Positions 1 to 10,102 are shown, counted from the first letter of the stretch. The stretch is DNA of 64,000 nt from Bacteroidia bacterium (GCA_045805205.1 JBJMLR010000001.1:120677-184676); one strand, 5' to 3'. Numbers and translations: made by a program. The notes: a model not told the origin generated them from the sequence alone.

Positions 1-106
1 TTTCCACTGGCACGGCTTTCTGCGCATCCCTTTCTACATATGGCCGGGCCTGCTTTTTTAGAATGCTGTTATACAAAAAACCAGTATTAACTTCTAAAAA
101 AACAAA

Positions 107-490
107 ATGAAAAAGAAAACAATTCTCGCATTATTCTTTGCCGGAGCAATGGGCCTGCTGACATTCACCGGTTGTGAAAAAGATGATGATAATTCCGGTT
201 CGACCGGATCATCAACAGGTTCTACCTCGAGCACGACAAGCACCACCGGCTCAACAGGCACTACCAGTAGCACAAGTACAACCGGCTCTACCGGCACAAC
301 AAGTACTACCAGCACTACCGGCTCTACCAGCACGACAAGTACTACCGGTACGACAAGTACAACAAGCAGCACCGGTACAACAAGTACGACAGGAACCAGC
401 AGCACCACGAGCTCTACTAGTACTACCGCCAGCACCGGTACAACCAGCTCAACCAGCACCACCAGCACTACTCCGGGTGCAACGACTTAA
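107..490 (+). CDS. Ser/Thr-rich low-complexity lipoprotein (tandem STTG-type repeats)
   Basis: 127 aa; N-terminus MKKKTILALFFAGAMGLLTFTGC gives a signal peptide plus lipobox Cys; remainder is degenerate (S/T)TTG(S/T) repeats encoded by ~27-nt nucleotide repeats. Confidence 0.45.
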   Translation: MKKKTILALFFAGAMGLLTFTGCEKDDDNSGSTGSSTGSTSSTTSTTGSTGTTSSTSTTGSTGTTSTTSTTGSTSTTSTTGTTSTTSSTGTTSTTGTSSTTSSTSTTASTGTTSSTSTTSTTPGATT

Positions 491-560
491 AGTATTCAAA
501 CGGGCGTTCTTAGAAATAAGAACGCTCCTTTGATTTTTTTAATTTTTAAAACCAGAAAAT

Positions 561-935
561 ATGAAAACAGAGATCCTCAAATTAGTACTTTCCGCCGGTA
601 TCGTTGTAGCTGTTACCGCCGGCTGTAACGACCGCAGCACTTCTACGTCACGCGGCGGTTCTGATCCCAACGGCAATGGCGTTAATCACAGAGCGGATGG
701 CAGCTCCACCGGCGCCGATAATCCCGTCAGCACCACCGCTTCAACCAAATCGAGCAGAACTTATTCAACTGCGTCAGGCACCGACAGCGATGCCAGCCTT
801 CGCATGGATTCCGGTTACAATACCGGCAAGAAGGACGATACGGAAAAGCTCAATAATATGAAAAAAGGAACGCGCGGTTCCACCGGCAGCGGCGGATCAG
901 CCGGAACTACCGGAAGCACAACGAAAAAGAAATAG
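561..935 (+). CDS. Ser/Thr/Gly-rich lipoprotein, hypothetical
   Basis: 124 aa; MKTEILKLVLSAGIVVAVTAGC lipoprotein signal; low-complexity S/T/G-rich body; lysine-rich C-terminus. Confidence 0.4.
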   Translation: MKTEILKLVLSAGIVVAVTAGCNDRSTSTSRGGSDPNGNGVNHRADGSSTGADNPVSTTASTKSSRTYSTASGTDSDASLRMDSGYNTGKKDDTEKLNNMKKGTRGSTGSGGSAGTTGSTTKKK

Positions 936-969
936 CGCCGGCTGGCTTCTTTTTTGTCTGCATTGTGAT

Positions 970-1818
970 ATGGGAAAGATCATTCTGATCGGCGGACACG
1001 TGGACATCGGCTCCGCATTGTCAGCCAGAGAACAAAAGGAGCTTGGCAAACCTAAAAAAATAAAAATGGTCAAGCCGGAGATCCTGGAACATTTCCTTAA
1101 AGAAATGAAAGGCGAAAGATCCCGGGTCGAGCTGATTACTTCCGCTTCCGAAATTCCTTTTGCGATCGGCTATGAATACCGCAGAGCGTTAAAAGCACTC
1201 GGCTGTAAGAATATCGGGATCATGCATTTCAGAAAAAGCAAAGAGGCTGAAAAAGAGGAAATGTATCAGCGCCTCAAAAATTGTGACGGCGTCCTTTTTA
1301 CCGGTGGCAGCCAGGTTTTGCTTTGTGAGGTTCTTCGCGGAACCAAGTTTCTGACGCTGCTGAAACGCAGGTTTCATGAAAAAAAGTTTGTGATCGCAGG
1401 AACGAGCGCCGGTGCAATGGCGCTTGGAGAAGAAATGATCGCCTATGGAGATACCGTCACCTCATTTGTAAAAGGGGAGATCAACATGATGAAAGGCCTG
1501 GGCCTGCTGCCAAAGATAATTGTGGACACGCATTTTGTACAGCGCAGGAGAATGGGACGCCTCATTGAGGCGGTTGCATATTTTCCGGATAAGCTGGGAA
1601 TCGGGCTGTCGGAAAATACCGCTGTTTTTTTTGAAAATCCCGGAAAAGTAGAGATCATCGGAAAGAATCTCGTTGTATTGGTCGACGGTACTCAGATCAC
1701 TTTTAACAATATCAGGGCCATCCGGAAGAATCATCACCTGTGCCTGGAAAATGTTAAGCTTCATATTCTCCCGAAAGGACATGTGTTCAACATATTAAAG
1801 CGAAGGATCCTGCGATAA
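970..1818 (+). CDS. peptidase S51 family, cyanophycinase-like
   Basis: 282 aa; FTGGSQ and GTSAGAMA (GxSxG nucleophile elbow) motifs typical of cyanophycinase/peptidase E fold. Confidence 0.55.
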   Translation: MGKIILIGGHVDIGSALSAREQKELGKPKKIKMVKPEILEHFLKEMKGERSRVELITSASEIPFAIGYEYRRALKALGCKNIGIMHFRKSKEAEKEEMYQRLKNCDGVLFTGGSQVLLCEVLRGTKFLTLLKRRFHEKKFVIAGTSAGAMALGEEMIAYGDTVTSFVKGEINMMKGLGLLPKIIVDTHFVQRRRMGRLIEAVAYFPDKLGIGLSENTAVFFENPGKVEIIGKNLVVLVDGTQITFNNIRAIRKNHHLCLENVKLHILPKGHVFNILKRRILR

Positions 1819-1838
1819 GCCTGCAACGGTTGCTGAAA

Positions 1839-2882
1839 CTACAACGACGGCCACTTCTTTTTCAAAGCAGCCAGATACGCTTTCAGGTTGGAATGATAGG
1901 AATTTGCCAGCTCTGTTTCAAAAACATCATATTTTGAGTCGTAGCGTTTAAAGCTCATGAAGAATGCATTGCCTTCCCAAAAAGCTTGTTCCGTATACCG
2001 GAAGAAGCTTTTTTTCTTATACAACGGAAGTCTGTTCACACCCACTACGATATCCATAATGATCTCTTTTTTTGATTTTTTTATCTCTTCCTCCGGCTTC
2101 CCTCTTCCTAGCTCTTTATAAAGAGTGCCCAGTTGCTTCGCACCATCAAGGATGTAATCGTTATAGATCTTTTCATCCAGCTTTCGCTGGATAAAGTCCG
2201 TATATTCTTTTGACTCCTTTCCGAATTTCAAGGCCAGAAATTTTTCTGCACCTTTTTCACCGATGAAATTGGCAAGATTCTCATTGAAGTTGATGCTGTC
2301 TTTTACGAAAAGTGTTCCGTGGGTCAGCTCATGAATGATCAGGCTCGCTAATTCTCCCTCATCCCGTTTCAGCATATTGCTCAGGATCGGGTCCCGGAAC
2401 CAGCCCAACGTGGACCATCCCGATGGGCTGTAAACATCAACATCATAACCCTCTGTTTTTAGCTTCAGTATTTCTTTCCTTGCTTCCTCTTTATCGAAAA
2501 AGCCTTTGTAAGGCACAGAACCAAGGAAAGGGAACGACCATTCTTTGGGTGTAAAGGAATATGGATCGCAACCGGAAACTGTCAGCAGCAGTGCCTTGCC
2601 CTTTTGGTCGTAAACTGCTGCATAGTTGTCGCTCGGGTTCATTCCCAGGCTATCAGTGCAAAATACTTTGATCTCTTTTACAAGAATCAGTTTTTGCTTC
2701 AGGGAATCAGGAAATGCGGGATCGGCCAACGCTTCATCAATGGGCCGGGCGTTCCACACCAGTTCCAGCTGTCCTTTTGCCTGCGTCAGACCGTAAACAG
2801 CCATCTTATGCCAGATCATGCAAACAATGAAGAACAGCAGGAAAATGAAATTAAACAGAAGCCGGAGCGTTTTACGGAACAT
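1839..2882 (-). CDS. putative Zn-dependent aminopeptidase (DUF2265/PF10023-like), lipoprotein
   Basis: 347 aa; N-terminal TM/signal; HELTHG (HExxH) zinc motif; architecture resembles predicted aminopeptidases of Bacteroidota. Confidence 0.4.
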   Translation of the reverse strand: MFRKTLRLLFNFIFLLFFIVCMIWHKMAVYGLTQAKGQLELVWNARPIDEALADPAFPDSLKQKLILVKEIKVFCTDSLGMNPSDNYAAVYDQKGKALLLTVSGCDPYSFTPKEWSFPFLGSVPYKGFFDKEEARKEILKLKTEGYDVDVYSPSGWSTLGWFRDPILSNMLKRDEGELASLIIHELTHGTLFVKDSINFNENLANFIGEKGAEKFLALKFGKESKEYTDFIQRKLDEKIYNDYILDGAKQLGTLYKELGRGKPEEEIKKSKKEIIMDIVVGVNRLPLYKKKSFFRYTEQAFWEGNAFFMSFKRYDSKYDVFETELANSYHSNLKAYLAALKKKWPSL

Positions 2883-3051
2883 GAAACAAAGTTAGCTATA
2901 AGTTATGAGTGATGGATGATGAGTTGCCGGAGATTAGAACCATAGTTCTACTACAATTTGCCCTTTATCCTTTTTTCCCTTTTTTCCTTTATCCCCTCAT
3001 CACTTTATCCCTCATATCACCTTATCCCCCAATCCCCTGATTACTTTTTCC

Positions 3052-3059
3052 TATATTTG
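3052..3059 (+). promoter_or_regulatory. Bacteroidetes-type -7 promoter box TATATTTG (TAnnTTTG)
   Basis: Exact TAnnTTTG match 19 nt upstream of ATG at 3078; preceded by a pyrimidine-rich ttatccc-type repeat tract. Confidence 0.4.
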
Positions 3060-3077
3060 CGTCCAATTGAAAAAAGC

Positions 3078-3839
3078 ATGTTCTTTTTACTCTCAAAACT
3101 GCTTACGTTCATAATTACTCCCATTGTCTGGATCATTGGGCTGTTTTGCGTTGCGATCTGGTCGAAAAATGAGAAGCGCCGCAAAAAGTCTTTTATCTGG
3201 GCATTCGCACTCCTGATCTTTTTCAGCAACGGTTTTATTTTTGACGAGTTTGCCCGTGCCTGGGAAGTCCCCGCTACCAAATACGAGGATCTCCAGGTTT
3301 ACGATGTTGCGATCGTTCTCGGCGGAATGAGTGTCTACGATGAAAATTATGAGCGTGCGCAATTCTATCGCGGTGCTGACCGCATTCTCCAAACCATCGA
3401 GCTTTATAAATTGGGAATGGTGAAAAAGATCCTGCTTACGGGTGGTTCGGGAAGAGTGCTTCATCCGGAAATGAAAGAAGGGATCTATCTCAAACGCTAC
3501 ATTCTTTTTATGGGTGTGAAAGAGCAGGACCTTATCCTGGAATCAGAATCACAGAACACGCATGAGAATGCGCTCGATACAAAAAAAATACTGGAGGAAA
3601 AACAGATCAAGGGCCGGCTGCTCCTCGTAACATCTGCTTTCCACATGAGGAGAGCTCTTGGATGTTTCCGCACCGTGGGACTTGAAGTGGAACCATACAG
3701 CACGGATCGTTTCGCCGGTCCGCGTAAATTTGAGTTCGATCATCTCTTCATCCCGAATGCATCGGTGTTCAGCGATTGGACCACACTCATTCACGAATGG
3801 GTAGGAGCTCTTATTTACAAGGTGGTTGGTTACTCTTAA
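3078..3839 (+). CDS. YdcF/ElyC/SanA (DUF218) family protein
   Basis: VAIVLGGMSVYDENYERAQFYRGADRILQTIELYKLGMVKKILLTGGSG matches DUF218 core; start moved to Met at 3078 because the ORF-track N-terminal 40 aa come from the C/T-rich promoter tract. Confidence 0.55.
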   Translation: MFFLLSKLLTFIITPIVWIIGLFCVAIWSKNEKRRKKSFIWAFALLIFFSNGFIFDEFARAWEVPATKYEDLQVYDVAIVLGGMSVYDENYERAQFYRGADRILQTIELYKLGMVKKILLTGGSGRVLHPEMKEGIYLKRYILFMGVKEQDLILESESQNTHENALDTKKILEEKQIKGRLLLVTSAFHMRRALGCFRTVGLEVEPYSTDRFAGPRKFEFDHLFIPNASVFSDWTTLIHEWVGALIYKVVGYS

Positions 3840-5518
3840 TTTTCCTTTGAAAGTCTTTTATTCAGCTTCATCCCGTAATACTCATCCAGGCTGTTATCGT
3901 AGAAGTCGTACGTATCATCCAGCCCGATCGATTGAACCTTTGTAGTTGGCTCCAGGGTGATCGTTTTTCCATTTGTCCTGATTTTGACAGGCATTACAAA
4001 ATCATCATCCGTACAGGTCCATTTATAATACAAGCGGTTATTTTTCCTGCAGAATTCCAGGATCGGTGCTTCCCGCCTGAAAAGATATTGTTTGAAGAAC
4101 CAATTGTAATCCTTCCCGGTTTTTTTATTTACGAAATCGATAAATGCTTCCGACAAAATTTCTTTTTGATTGTTTTCCATGCGGAAGCTTTTCAGGATAT
4201 CAAAAAACAAGGGATCATCATCGATCACCGTCCGCAATGTATGAAGCACCCAGGATCCTTTTGAATAAACGTCTTCGTCATGATAATCGAAATAACGGAT
4301 CCCGCGCTGGCGCACAACCGGGCGCTTATTCATGATCGTTATGCGCTGCTGCCACATGTAGTTCGTGTACTCTTCCTTGCCCATAATGCTTTCCACATAA
4401 AGCGCTTCGCAATAGCTTGCAAAGCCTTCGTGGATCCAGGCATCGGCAAGATCAGCCGCAGTAACGCTGTTGCCCCACCATTCATGTGCGGTTTCATGCA
4501 GAATGATATAATCGAACATCCCGCTGTAATCATTTTTGTAGCCGTTCCCGTATGCAATTGCCGATTGATGCTCCATCCCTTCATAAGGAGATTCTACCAG
4601 CTTGAACCCGTCGTTCTGCCATGGATACGGACCGAACATCAATTCATAAAATGCCAGGTATTTCTTCAGCTGCTGGAAATGCGTTTTTGCTTTTTCGTAA
4701 TTGTCCGGCAGCACATAATGGTTCAGGTCAACGACTTTTCCTGTCACGCTGGTGTAGGTGTCGTGAAGCAGTTTCAAATCACCCACATATAAGGTAATAT
4801 TATAGTTGTTGATCGGGTAGGAGATGTGCCAGTGGTAAGCAGTCTCATTCCCGAGAGCTGTCGTGTCTTTGAGCTGTCCGTTGCTTACCGCCATCAAACC
4901 TTTCGGAACAGTAATGATCACATCCGTGCTGTCGGCTTCATCGTTCATAATATCTTTTGATGGCCACCACAGGCTGGAGCCTTCCGTTTCACAGGCGACA
5001 CCGATCCATGGATTTCCTTTTTTGTCTTTCTTCCACACAAATCCTCCGTCCCAGGGTGGTTTCCTTGCGATGACCGGGCGGCCTTCAAATTGCACGGAGA
5101 TATCGAATCGTTCTCCCTTCTTCACGGTTGACGGCATCTTAATGAAGATCGCTCCTTCCTCACGTTTGTAATTCAAAGGTGTATTAAGGGATCCGATGCT
5201 GTTGATCTTCATATTTTTGTAGAGATCGAGTTGCAGCGTATCAAAATCTGATTGCGCAGTTGCGGTGATGATAACATTTCCTTTCAGGTATTTCTTTTGA
5301 GGGTCTACATTCACCTCGAGCTTGTAGTGCGTAACATCAAAGCAGCTCCTGAATCTGCTGTCTTTTGCCCAGAGTGCAATTGCGCGTGTTTCCTTCGGAT
5401 ATTTTCCGGCCTTCTTCGGATTCTCCACTTTGTAGTGAATGCCGATCACACGGCAGGAAGACAATACCGTTATTACGAACAGCGTGATGAAAATATTCTT
5501 AAAAGTTTTCAGGCTCAT
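3836..5518 (-). CDS. M1 family zinc metallopeptidase (aminopeptidase N-like), lipoprotein
   Basis: 560 aa; HETAHEWWGN ... WIHEGFASY gives HEXXH plus a downstream Glu ligand, the gluzincin M1 signature; N-terminal signal with Cys. Confidence 0.75.
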   Translation of the reverse strand: MSLKTFKNIFITLFVITVLSSCRVIGIHYKVENPKKAGKYPKETRAIALWAKDSRFRSCFDVTHYKLEVNVDPQKKYLKGNVIITATAQSDFDTLQLDLYKNMKINSIGSLNTPLNYKREEGAIFIKMPSTVKKGERFDISVQFEGRPVIARKPPWDGGFVWKKDKKGNPWIGVACETEGSSLWWPSKDIMNDEADSTDVIITVPKGLMAVSNGQLKDTTALGNETAYHWHISYPINNYNITLYVGDLKLLHDTYTSVTGKVVDLNHYVLPDNYEKAKTHFQQLKKYLAFYELMFGPYPWQNDGFKLVESPYEGMEHQSAIAYGNGYKNDYSGMFDYIILHETAHEWWGNSVTAADLADAWIHEGFASYCEALYVESIMGKEEYTNYMWQQRITIMNKRPVVRQRGIRYFDYHDEDVYSKGSWVLHTLRTVIDDDPLFFDILKSFRMENNQKEILSEAFIDFVNKKTGKDYNWFFKQYLFRREAPILEFCRKNNRLYYKWTCTDDDFVMPVKIRTNGKTITLEPTTKVQSIGLDDTYDFYDNSLDEYYGMKLNKRLSKEN

Positions 5519-5540
5519 TTTTGTTTTCTTAGTTACTTAA

Positions 5541-5596
5541 TCACCCAGTCACCCAGTCACCCAGTCACCCAGTCACCCAGTCACCCAGTCACCCAG
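5541..5596. repeat. octanucleotide tandem repeat (TCACCCAG)x7
   Basis: 7 perfect head-to-tail copies counted directly; overlaps the last codons and stop of the 5581..6240 gene and lies 23 nt upstream of the M1 peptidase start codon. Confidence 0.95.
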
Positions 5597-6240
5597 TTGT
5601 AGATCCAAAGAAGCACCGGTTTCGACGAGGCTCTTAAGCAGGGATCAACCACTTTCATGAAAGCATTTGAAACAGCCGGACAGCCCCAGCCTTCAGGAAC
5701 ACCTTCCGGGTAGATCTCCGTATCCGAAACATCTTCCCAGGAATGTAAAACGATCTCCCGTTTTTTTGCATTGCTGTTGGTCGGTTCCAATCCATTTAAA
5801 ATATAGTTCACCTTAATTCCCCAGTTACTGTATCCTCTCTTGCCGATCATGAATTTTCCAAGCGAGCTGCAATGACTGTCAGGAACGTTGCTGAACACCG
5901 GCTTGTCTTTTGTATATGTGCTTGCCCAGGGATTTGCACCGCAGCCGTGCGCACACATGCCGGAAGCAAGAACACTGTCTTTTTTCAGATCATAAAGAAA
6001 GGCTCTTTTTTTACCCGAATGGATCGTCATGTCGATGAGAATACAAAACTCAGTATTATAGCCTTTCGTTTTACAAAAGGATCCTGCTTCTCTTGATTTT
6101 GTTTTCAGGCGGGTGGTCGTTTCATCAGTAGTAGTAAAACCTGAAATGCCTGTCAATAATAGCAAAAGAAAACCTCCTGCTTTCGCCCTTCGACTTCGCT
6201 CAGGGAAATACTCAAACAGGAGGTTTTTAATTAATTTCAT
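5581..6240 (-). CDS. murein L,D-transpeptidase catalytic-domain family protein (YkuD_2-like)
   Basis: 219 aa; CAHGCG ... FSNVPDSHCSSLG ... GLEPTNSNA ... IVLHSWEDV ... GWGCPAV pattern resembles PF13645; C-terminal NWVTG is encoded inside the octamer repeat. Confidence 0.5.
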   Translation of the reverse strand: MKLIKNLLFEYFPERSRRAKAGGFLLLLLTGISGFTTTDETTTRLKTKSREAGSFCKTKGYNTEFCILIDMTIHSGKKRAFLYDLKKDSVLASGMCAHGCGANPWASTYTKDKPVFSNVPDSHCSSLGKFMIGKRGYSNWGIKVNYILNGLEPTNSNAKKREIVLHSWEDVSDTEIYPEGVPEGWGCPAVSNAFMKVVDPCLRASSKPVLLWIYNWVTG

Positions 6241-6281
6241 GTTCTCTTAATCTGCACATTTGCACATCAGAAATCTGCACA

Positions 6282-8915
6282 TCAACTGAGTGCAGCGAGC
6301 TGCTCTTCCAGCGCTTTGATCTTCGCTTCCGCATCTGCCTGCTTCTTTCTTTCATTTTCGATCAGCTCGGGCTTGGCATTGGCAACGAATTTCTCATTCG
6401 CCAGCTTGCTTTGAACGGACTTCAGGAAGCCTTTATTGTAGTCGAGGTCTTTGGCGAGGCGTTCTTTTTCCGCAGCAACATCTACATTCTGCGAAAGCGG
6501 AACATAAAATTCAGCATGCTTTAGCACGAATGACATTGCACCGGCTACTTTTTCATTCACATAGCTGAAGCTCTCCAGGTTGCAGAGCTTGATAATGATC
6601 GGATCATAGGTTTTGATGATCTCTCCCTGGTTCACTTTTTCGAACACTTTCAGCTTTTCCTTCGGCGGAATATTTTTCTGCTTGCGGATGTTGCGGACGT
6701 TCGTGATCACCTCCATTACCACATCAAAGTGTTTTATGATCTCTGCATTAGTATTAGTCGGTTGTGGCCATTCGGCAACGATGATGCAATCTTTTTCGCC
6801 ACGTTCCCCGATGAGATGCCAGATCTCTTCGGTGATAAACGGCATGAAGGGATGCAATACTTTCAATATCTGTTCAAGGAAAACGATGCTTGTGTCATAT
6901 GTTGCTTTATCGATCGGCTGTGCTTTTCCGTCCGCAAATTCCGGCTTGATCATTTCAAGGTACCAGGCGCAGAAATCATCCCACACTAATTTGTAGGTGG
7001 TCATCAGCGCTTCGCTCATCCTGTACTTTGAATACAGGTCGTTGATGATCTCCAGCTGCTCGTTAAAGCGTGCTTCGAACCATCGTGCTGCGATCCTGTT
7101 GGTTTCAGGTTGTTGAATATCGGCGGTTTCAAAACCATTGATCAGCCTGAATGCGTTCCAGATCTTATTCGAAAAATTTCTTCCCTGCTCGCACATGCTG
7201 TCATCAAAAGGCAGGTCATTACCCGCAGGCGAGCATAATAACATTCCTACACGTACGCCATCCGCGCCGTATTTTTCAATCAGTTCGATCGGGTCCGGAG
7301 AATTACCGAGCGACTTGCTCATTTTACGTCCAAGCTTATCACGGACAATCCCCGTGAGGTAAACATTCGTAAACGGTTTTTGCCCTTTGTATTCGTACCC
7401 TGCAATGATCATTCGTGCAACCCAGAAGAAAAGGATCTCGGGTGCGGTTACCAGGTCATTCGTTGGATAGTAATAGTTAATATCAGCATTATCCGGATCT
7501 TTAAAACCGTCAAAAACGCTGATCGGCCAAAGCCAGGATGAGAACCAGGTATCGAGAACATCTTCATCCTGCTTTAAGTCCTCCGCTCTGAACTTTGAAC
7601 TTTGAACTTTAAGTTTTTCGAATGCCTCTTCTCTGGTCTTCGCCACTATGGTTGTTCCGTCCGGAGCATACCAGGCCGGAATCCGCTGTCCCCACCATAA
7701 TTGCCGGCTAATGCACCAATCGTGTACATTCTCCATCCAGTGCTTGTAAGTATTCACGAACTTCTCCGGGATGAGCCTGATCTCGCCGTTCAATACATTT
7801 TCCAGCGCCGGTTTCGAGATCTTGTCCATTTTCAGGAACCACTGCAATGAAAGCTTCGGTTCGATCACGGCGTTCGTGCGCTCGCTGTAGCCAACCTTGT
7901 TCTTAATATCCTCCACTTTCGCGATCTGTCCCATTTCTTCAAGGTCCTTCGCGATCTGCTTTCTTACAGCAAACCGGTCCATGCCCACATAAAACTGCGC
8001 CGCAGCGCTCATTTTTCCGTCCGGTGCGATTGTGTCGATCACCTCCAGCTTATGCTTAACGCCCAGGTTATAGTCATTAATATCGTGTGCCGGAGTAACC
8101 TTCAGGGCACCTGTTCCGAATTCAAGATCGATGTAGGTGTCGTATATAATGGGAACGGCACGGTTCACCATCGGAACGATCGCTTTTTTACCTTTCAGGT
8201 GCTTATAGCGTTCATCATCAGGGTGAACACAAATAGCAGTATCGCCAAGGATCGTTTCCGGCCGGGTGGTTGCAACGGTGATCCATTCATCTGTAGTCCC
8301 TTCGATTTTGTATTTTACATAGAACAGCTTGGAATTCACCTCTTTGTGGATCACTTCTTCATCGGAGACCGCAGTTAGTCCTTGCGGGTCCCAGTTCACC
8401 ATCCTTACACCGCGGTAGATCTGTCCTTTATTATAGAGGTCGATAAAAACATCGGTCACAGCTTCGCTCAGGTCCTCTTCCATCGTAAAGCGGGTGCGGT
8501 CCCAGTCGCAGGAAGCACCCAGTTTTTCAAGCTGTTTGAGAATAATTCCGCCGTATTTTTCTTTCCATTCCCAGGCATATTCCAGGAATTTTTCCCGGGT
8601 AAGATCGGTCTTTTTTATGCCTTTTTCCGCCAGCAACGCCACTACTTTAGCTTCGGTTGCAATGGAAGCGTGATCGGTTCCCGGTACCCAGCAGGCATTT
8701 TTACCCTGCATCCTTGCCCTGCGGATCAGCACATCCTGGATGGTATTATTCAGCATGTGCCCCATGTGGAGTACGCCGGTCACATTAGGCGGGGGGATCA
8801 CAATCGTATATGGCTCGCGGGAATCAGGCGTAGAGCGAAAGAATTTATGTTTGAGCCAATGGGAATACCACTTGTCTTCGGTAATTTTTGGGTCGTAGGT
8901 TTTAGGAATTTCCAT
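6282..8915 (-). CDS. valS: valine--tRNA ligase
   Basis: Long class-I aaRS with the [13 protein letters not shown] (HIGH) region and KMSKS; canonical N-terminus [17 protein letters not shown] begins at 8915; the ORF-track 171-aa upstream extension is hydrophobic junk. Confidence 0.9.
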   Translation of the reverse strand: MEIPKTYDPKITEDKWYSHWLKHKFFRSTPDSREPYTIVIPPPNVTGVLHMGHMLNNTIQDVLIRRARMQGKNACWVPGTDHASIATEAKVVALLAEKGIKKTDLTREKFLEYAWEWKEKYGGIILKQLEKLGASCDWDRTRFTMEEDLSEAVTDVFIDLYNKGQIYRGVRMVNWDPQGLTAVSDEEVIHKEVNSKLFYVKYKIEGTTDEWITVATTRPETILGDTAICVHPDDERYKHLKGKKAIVPMVNRAVPIIYDTYIDLEFGTGALKVTPAHDINDYNLGVKHKLEVIDTIAPDGKMSAAAQFYVGMDRFAVRKQIAKDLEEMGQIAKVEDIKNKVGYSERTNAVIEPKLSLQWFLKMDKISKPALENVLNGEIRLIPEKFVNTYKHWMENVHDWCISRQLWWGQRIPAWYAPDGTTIVAKTREEAFEKLKVQSSKFRAEDLKQDEDVLDTWFSSWLWPISVFDGFKDPDNADINYYYPTNDLVTAPEILFFWVARMIIAGYEYKGQKPFTNVYLTGIVRDKLGRKMSKSLGNSPDPIELIEKYGADGVRVGMLLCSPAGNDLPFDDSMCEQGRNFSNKIWNAFRLINGFETADIQQPETNRIAARWFEARFNEQLEIINDLYSKYRMSEALMTTYKLVWDDFCAWYLEMIKPEFADGKAQPIDKATYDTSIVFLEQILKVLHPFMPFITEEIWHLIGERGEKDCIIVAEWPQPTNTNAEIIKHFDVVMEVITNVRNIRKQKNIPPKEKLKVFEKVNQGEIIKTYDPIIIKLCNLESFSYVNEKVAGAMSFVLKHAEFYVPLSQNVDVAAEKERLAKDLDYNKGFLKSVQSKLANEKFVANAKPELIENERKKQADAEAKIKALEEQLAALS

Positions 8916-9057
8916 ATTTATTTCCTTACTTCGTTTGTCTGAAAAGGACAACAAAGCTAGCAAAAAATAAATTTCTTTCTTTTCCCTGATTATGGCACGG
9001 TTTTGGCTAGCAGTCGGGACAAGAAATTTAACCTTAAAACGATTAAATTTTAATAGT

Positions 9058-9534
9058 ATGAAAAAAGTAATTTTTGCCCTTTCGATCGCTGTTTTAGGCA
9101 CTTTTGGACTGAAAGCACAGGAGAAAACAACCACTCCTCCCGCTCCAACCAGCAATGCCGAAATCACTTTTGATACAGAGAGCCATGATTTCGGGCAGAT
9201 CGAATATGCCGGAAACGGAACATATGAATTCAAATTCAAGAATACCGGTAAAGAGCCATTAATTATCTCCGACGCAAAAGGATCCTGTGGGTGCACCGTT
9301 CCAACGTATCCTAAAAATGTTCCGATCAAGCCGGGACAAATTGAAGTGATCAAGGTAACGTATGATACAAAACGTCCGGGGAATTTTACGAAAACAGTAA
9401 CCGTAACCTCAAATGCAAAAACACCCACAAAAGTATTGACAATAAAAGGGAAAGTAGATCCTGCACCAACTGAGGAAGCCTTTCCGACAAATGGAAAAAA
9501 AGATGACGGTGCAACACCATTCGAGAAACATTAA
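9058..9534 (+). CDS. DUF1573 domain protein, secreted
   Basis: Signal peptide [21 protein letters not shown]; conserved GSCGCT motif; Pro/Thr-rich C-terminal tail; first of three tandem paralogues. Confidence 0.6.
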   Translation: MKKVIFALSIAVLGTFGLKAQEKTTTPPAPTSNAEITFDTESHDFGQIEYAGNGTYEFKFKNTGKEPLIISDAKGSCGCTVPTYPKNVPIKPGQIEVIKVTYDTKRPGNFTKTVTVTSNAKTPTKVLTIKGKVDPAPTEEAFPTNGKKDDGATPFEKH

Positions 9535-9581
9535 TAACAGGAAAATAAAATCAATCAATCTCAACTAAAAAATCACAAACA

Positions 9582-10040
9582 ATGAAAAAAGTAATCTTTT
9601 CGATCGGCTTAATGCTATGTGTAGCTGTCGGTGCAAAAGCGCAGGAAGTAGCTACTCCAAACCCGGTAAATCCGAATGCTCCGAAATTCAAATTTGAAAC
9701 AGAAGTAGTGGATTATGGTACCATCGAACACAATGCTGATGGAAACCGCGAGTTCAAATTCACGAACGTAGGTAAAGAGCCGCTGATCATTTCCAATGCA
9801 GTTGGATCTTGTGGATGTACCACTCCTAACTGGCCGCATGAGCCGATCAAGCCAGGTGCTTCTGCAGTTATTAAAGTTCACTATGCAACTGATCGTGTCG
9901 GACAGTTTGAAAAAACAGTTACCATCACTTCAAATGCTGATACTCCGCAGAAAGTGATCAAGATCAAAGGCGTTGTTAAGCCAGATCCTACGCCTGCTCC
10001 TGATAATACGACTACAGCTCCAACTGAGCAAAAACACTAA
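9582..10040 (+). CDS. DUF1573 domain protein, secreted
   Basis: Signal peptide; GSCGCT motif; same domain order as 9058..9534; PAPDNTTTAPTEQ tail. Confidence 0.6.
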   Translation: MKKVIFSIGLMLCVAVGAKAQEVATPNPVNPNAPKFKFETEVVDYGTIEHNADGNREFKFTNVGKEPLIISNAVGSCGCTTPNWPHEPIKPGASAVIKVHYATDRVGQFEKTVTITSNADTPQKVIKIKGVVKPDPTPAPDNTTTAPTEQKH

Positions 10041-10067
10041 TATTTGTTTGTTTATTAGTATCTCTTC

Positions 10068-10102
10068 AACCCCTTTCAGAGTTTCGGCTTTGAAAGGGGT
10101 TG
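10068..10102 (+). terminator. hairpin terminator after second DUF1573 gene
   Basis: Perfect 11-bp inverted repeat aacccctttca / tgaaaggggtt with a 12-nt loop, followed by a T-containing tract. Confidence 0.45.

Noticed and set aside
94-533. ORFs 94..468 (-) and 174..533 (+) overlapping the Ser/Thr-rich lipoprotein gene
   Set aside because: These are alternative-frame translations of the same nucleotide repeat (poly-VLV and poly-QVLPA). Only the + frame at 107 has a signal peptide and lipobox.
2958-3077. 40-aa N-terminal extension of the DUF218 gene ORF
   Set aside because: It is encoded by the pyrimidine-rich TTATCCC repeat tract and contains the TAnnTTTG promoter box. The real start is more likely the Met at 3078, followed by a TM helix.
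7589-7609. (GAACTTT)x3 heptamer repeat inside valS
   Set aside because: It is 21 nt and in frame (encodes KVQSSKF within ValS). It is too short to be significant and conserves the reading frame.
8916-9428. 171-aa N-terminal extension of the valS ORF
   Set aside because: The extension is hydrophobic low-complexity sequence overlapping the DUF1573 promoter and signal-peptide region on the other strand. The canonical ValS N-terminus [10 protein letters not shown] starts at 8915.
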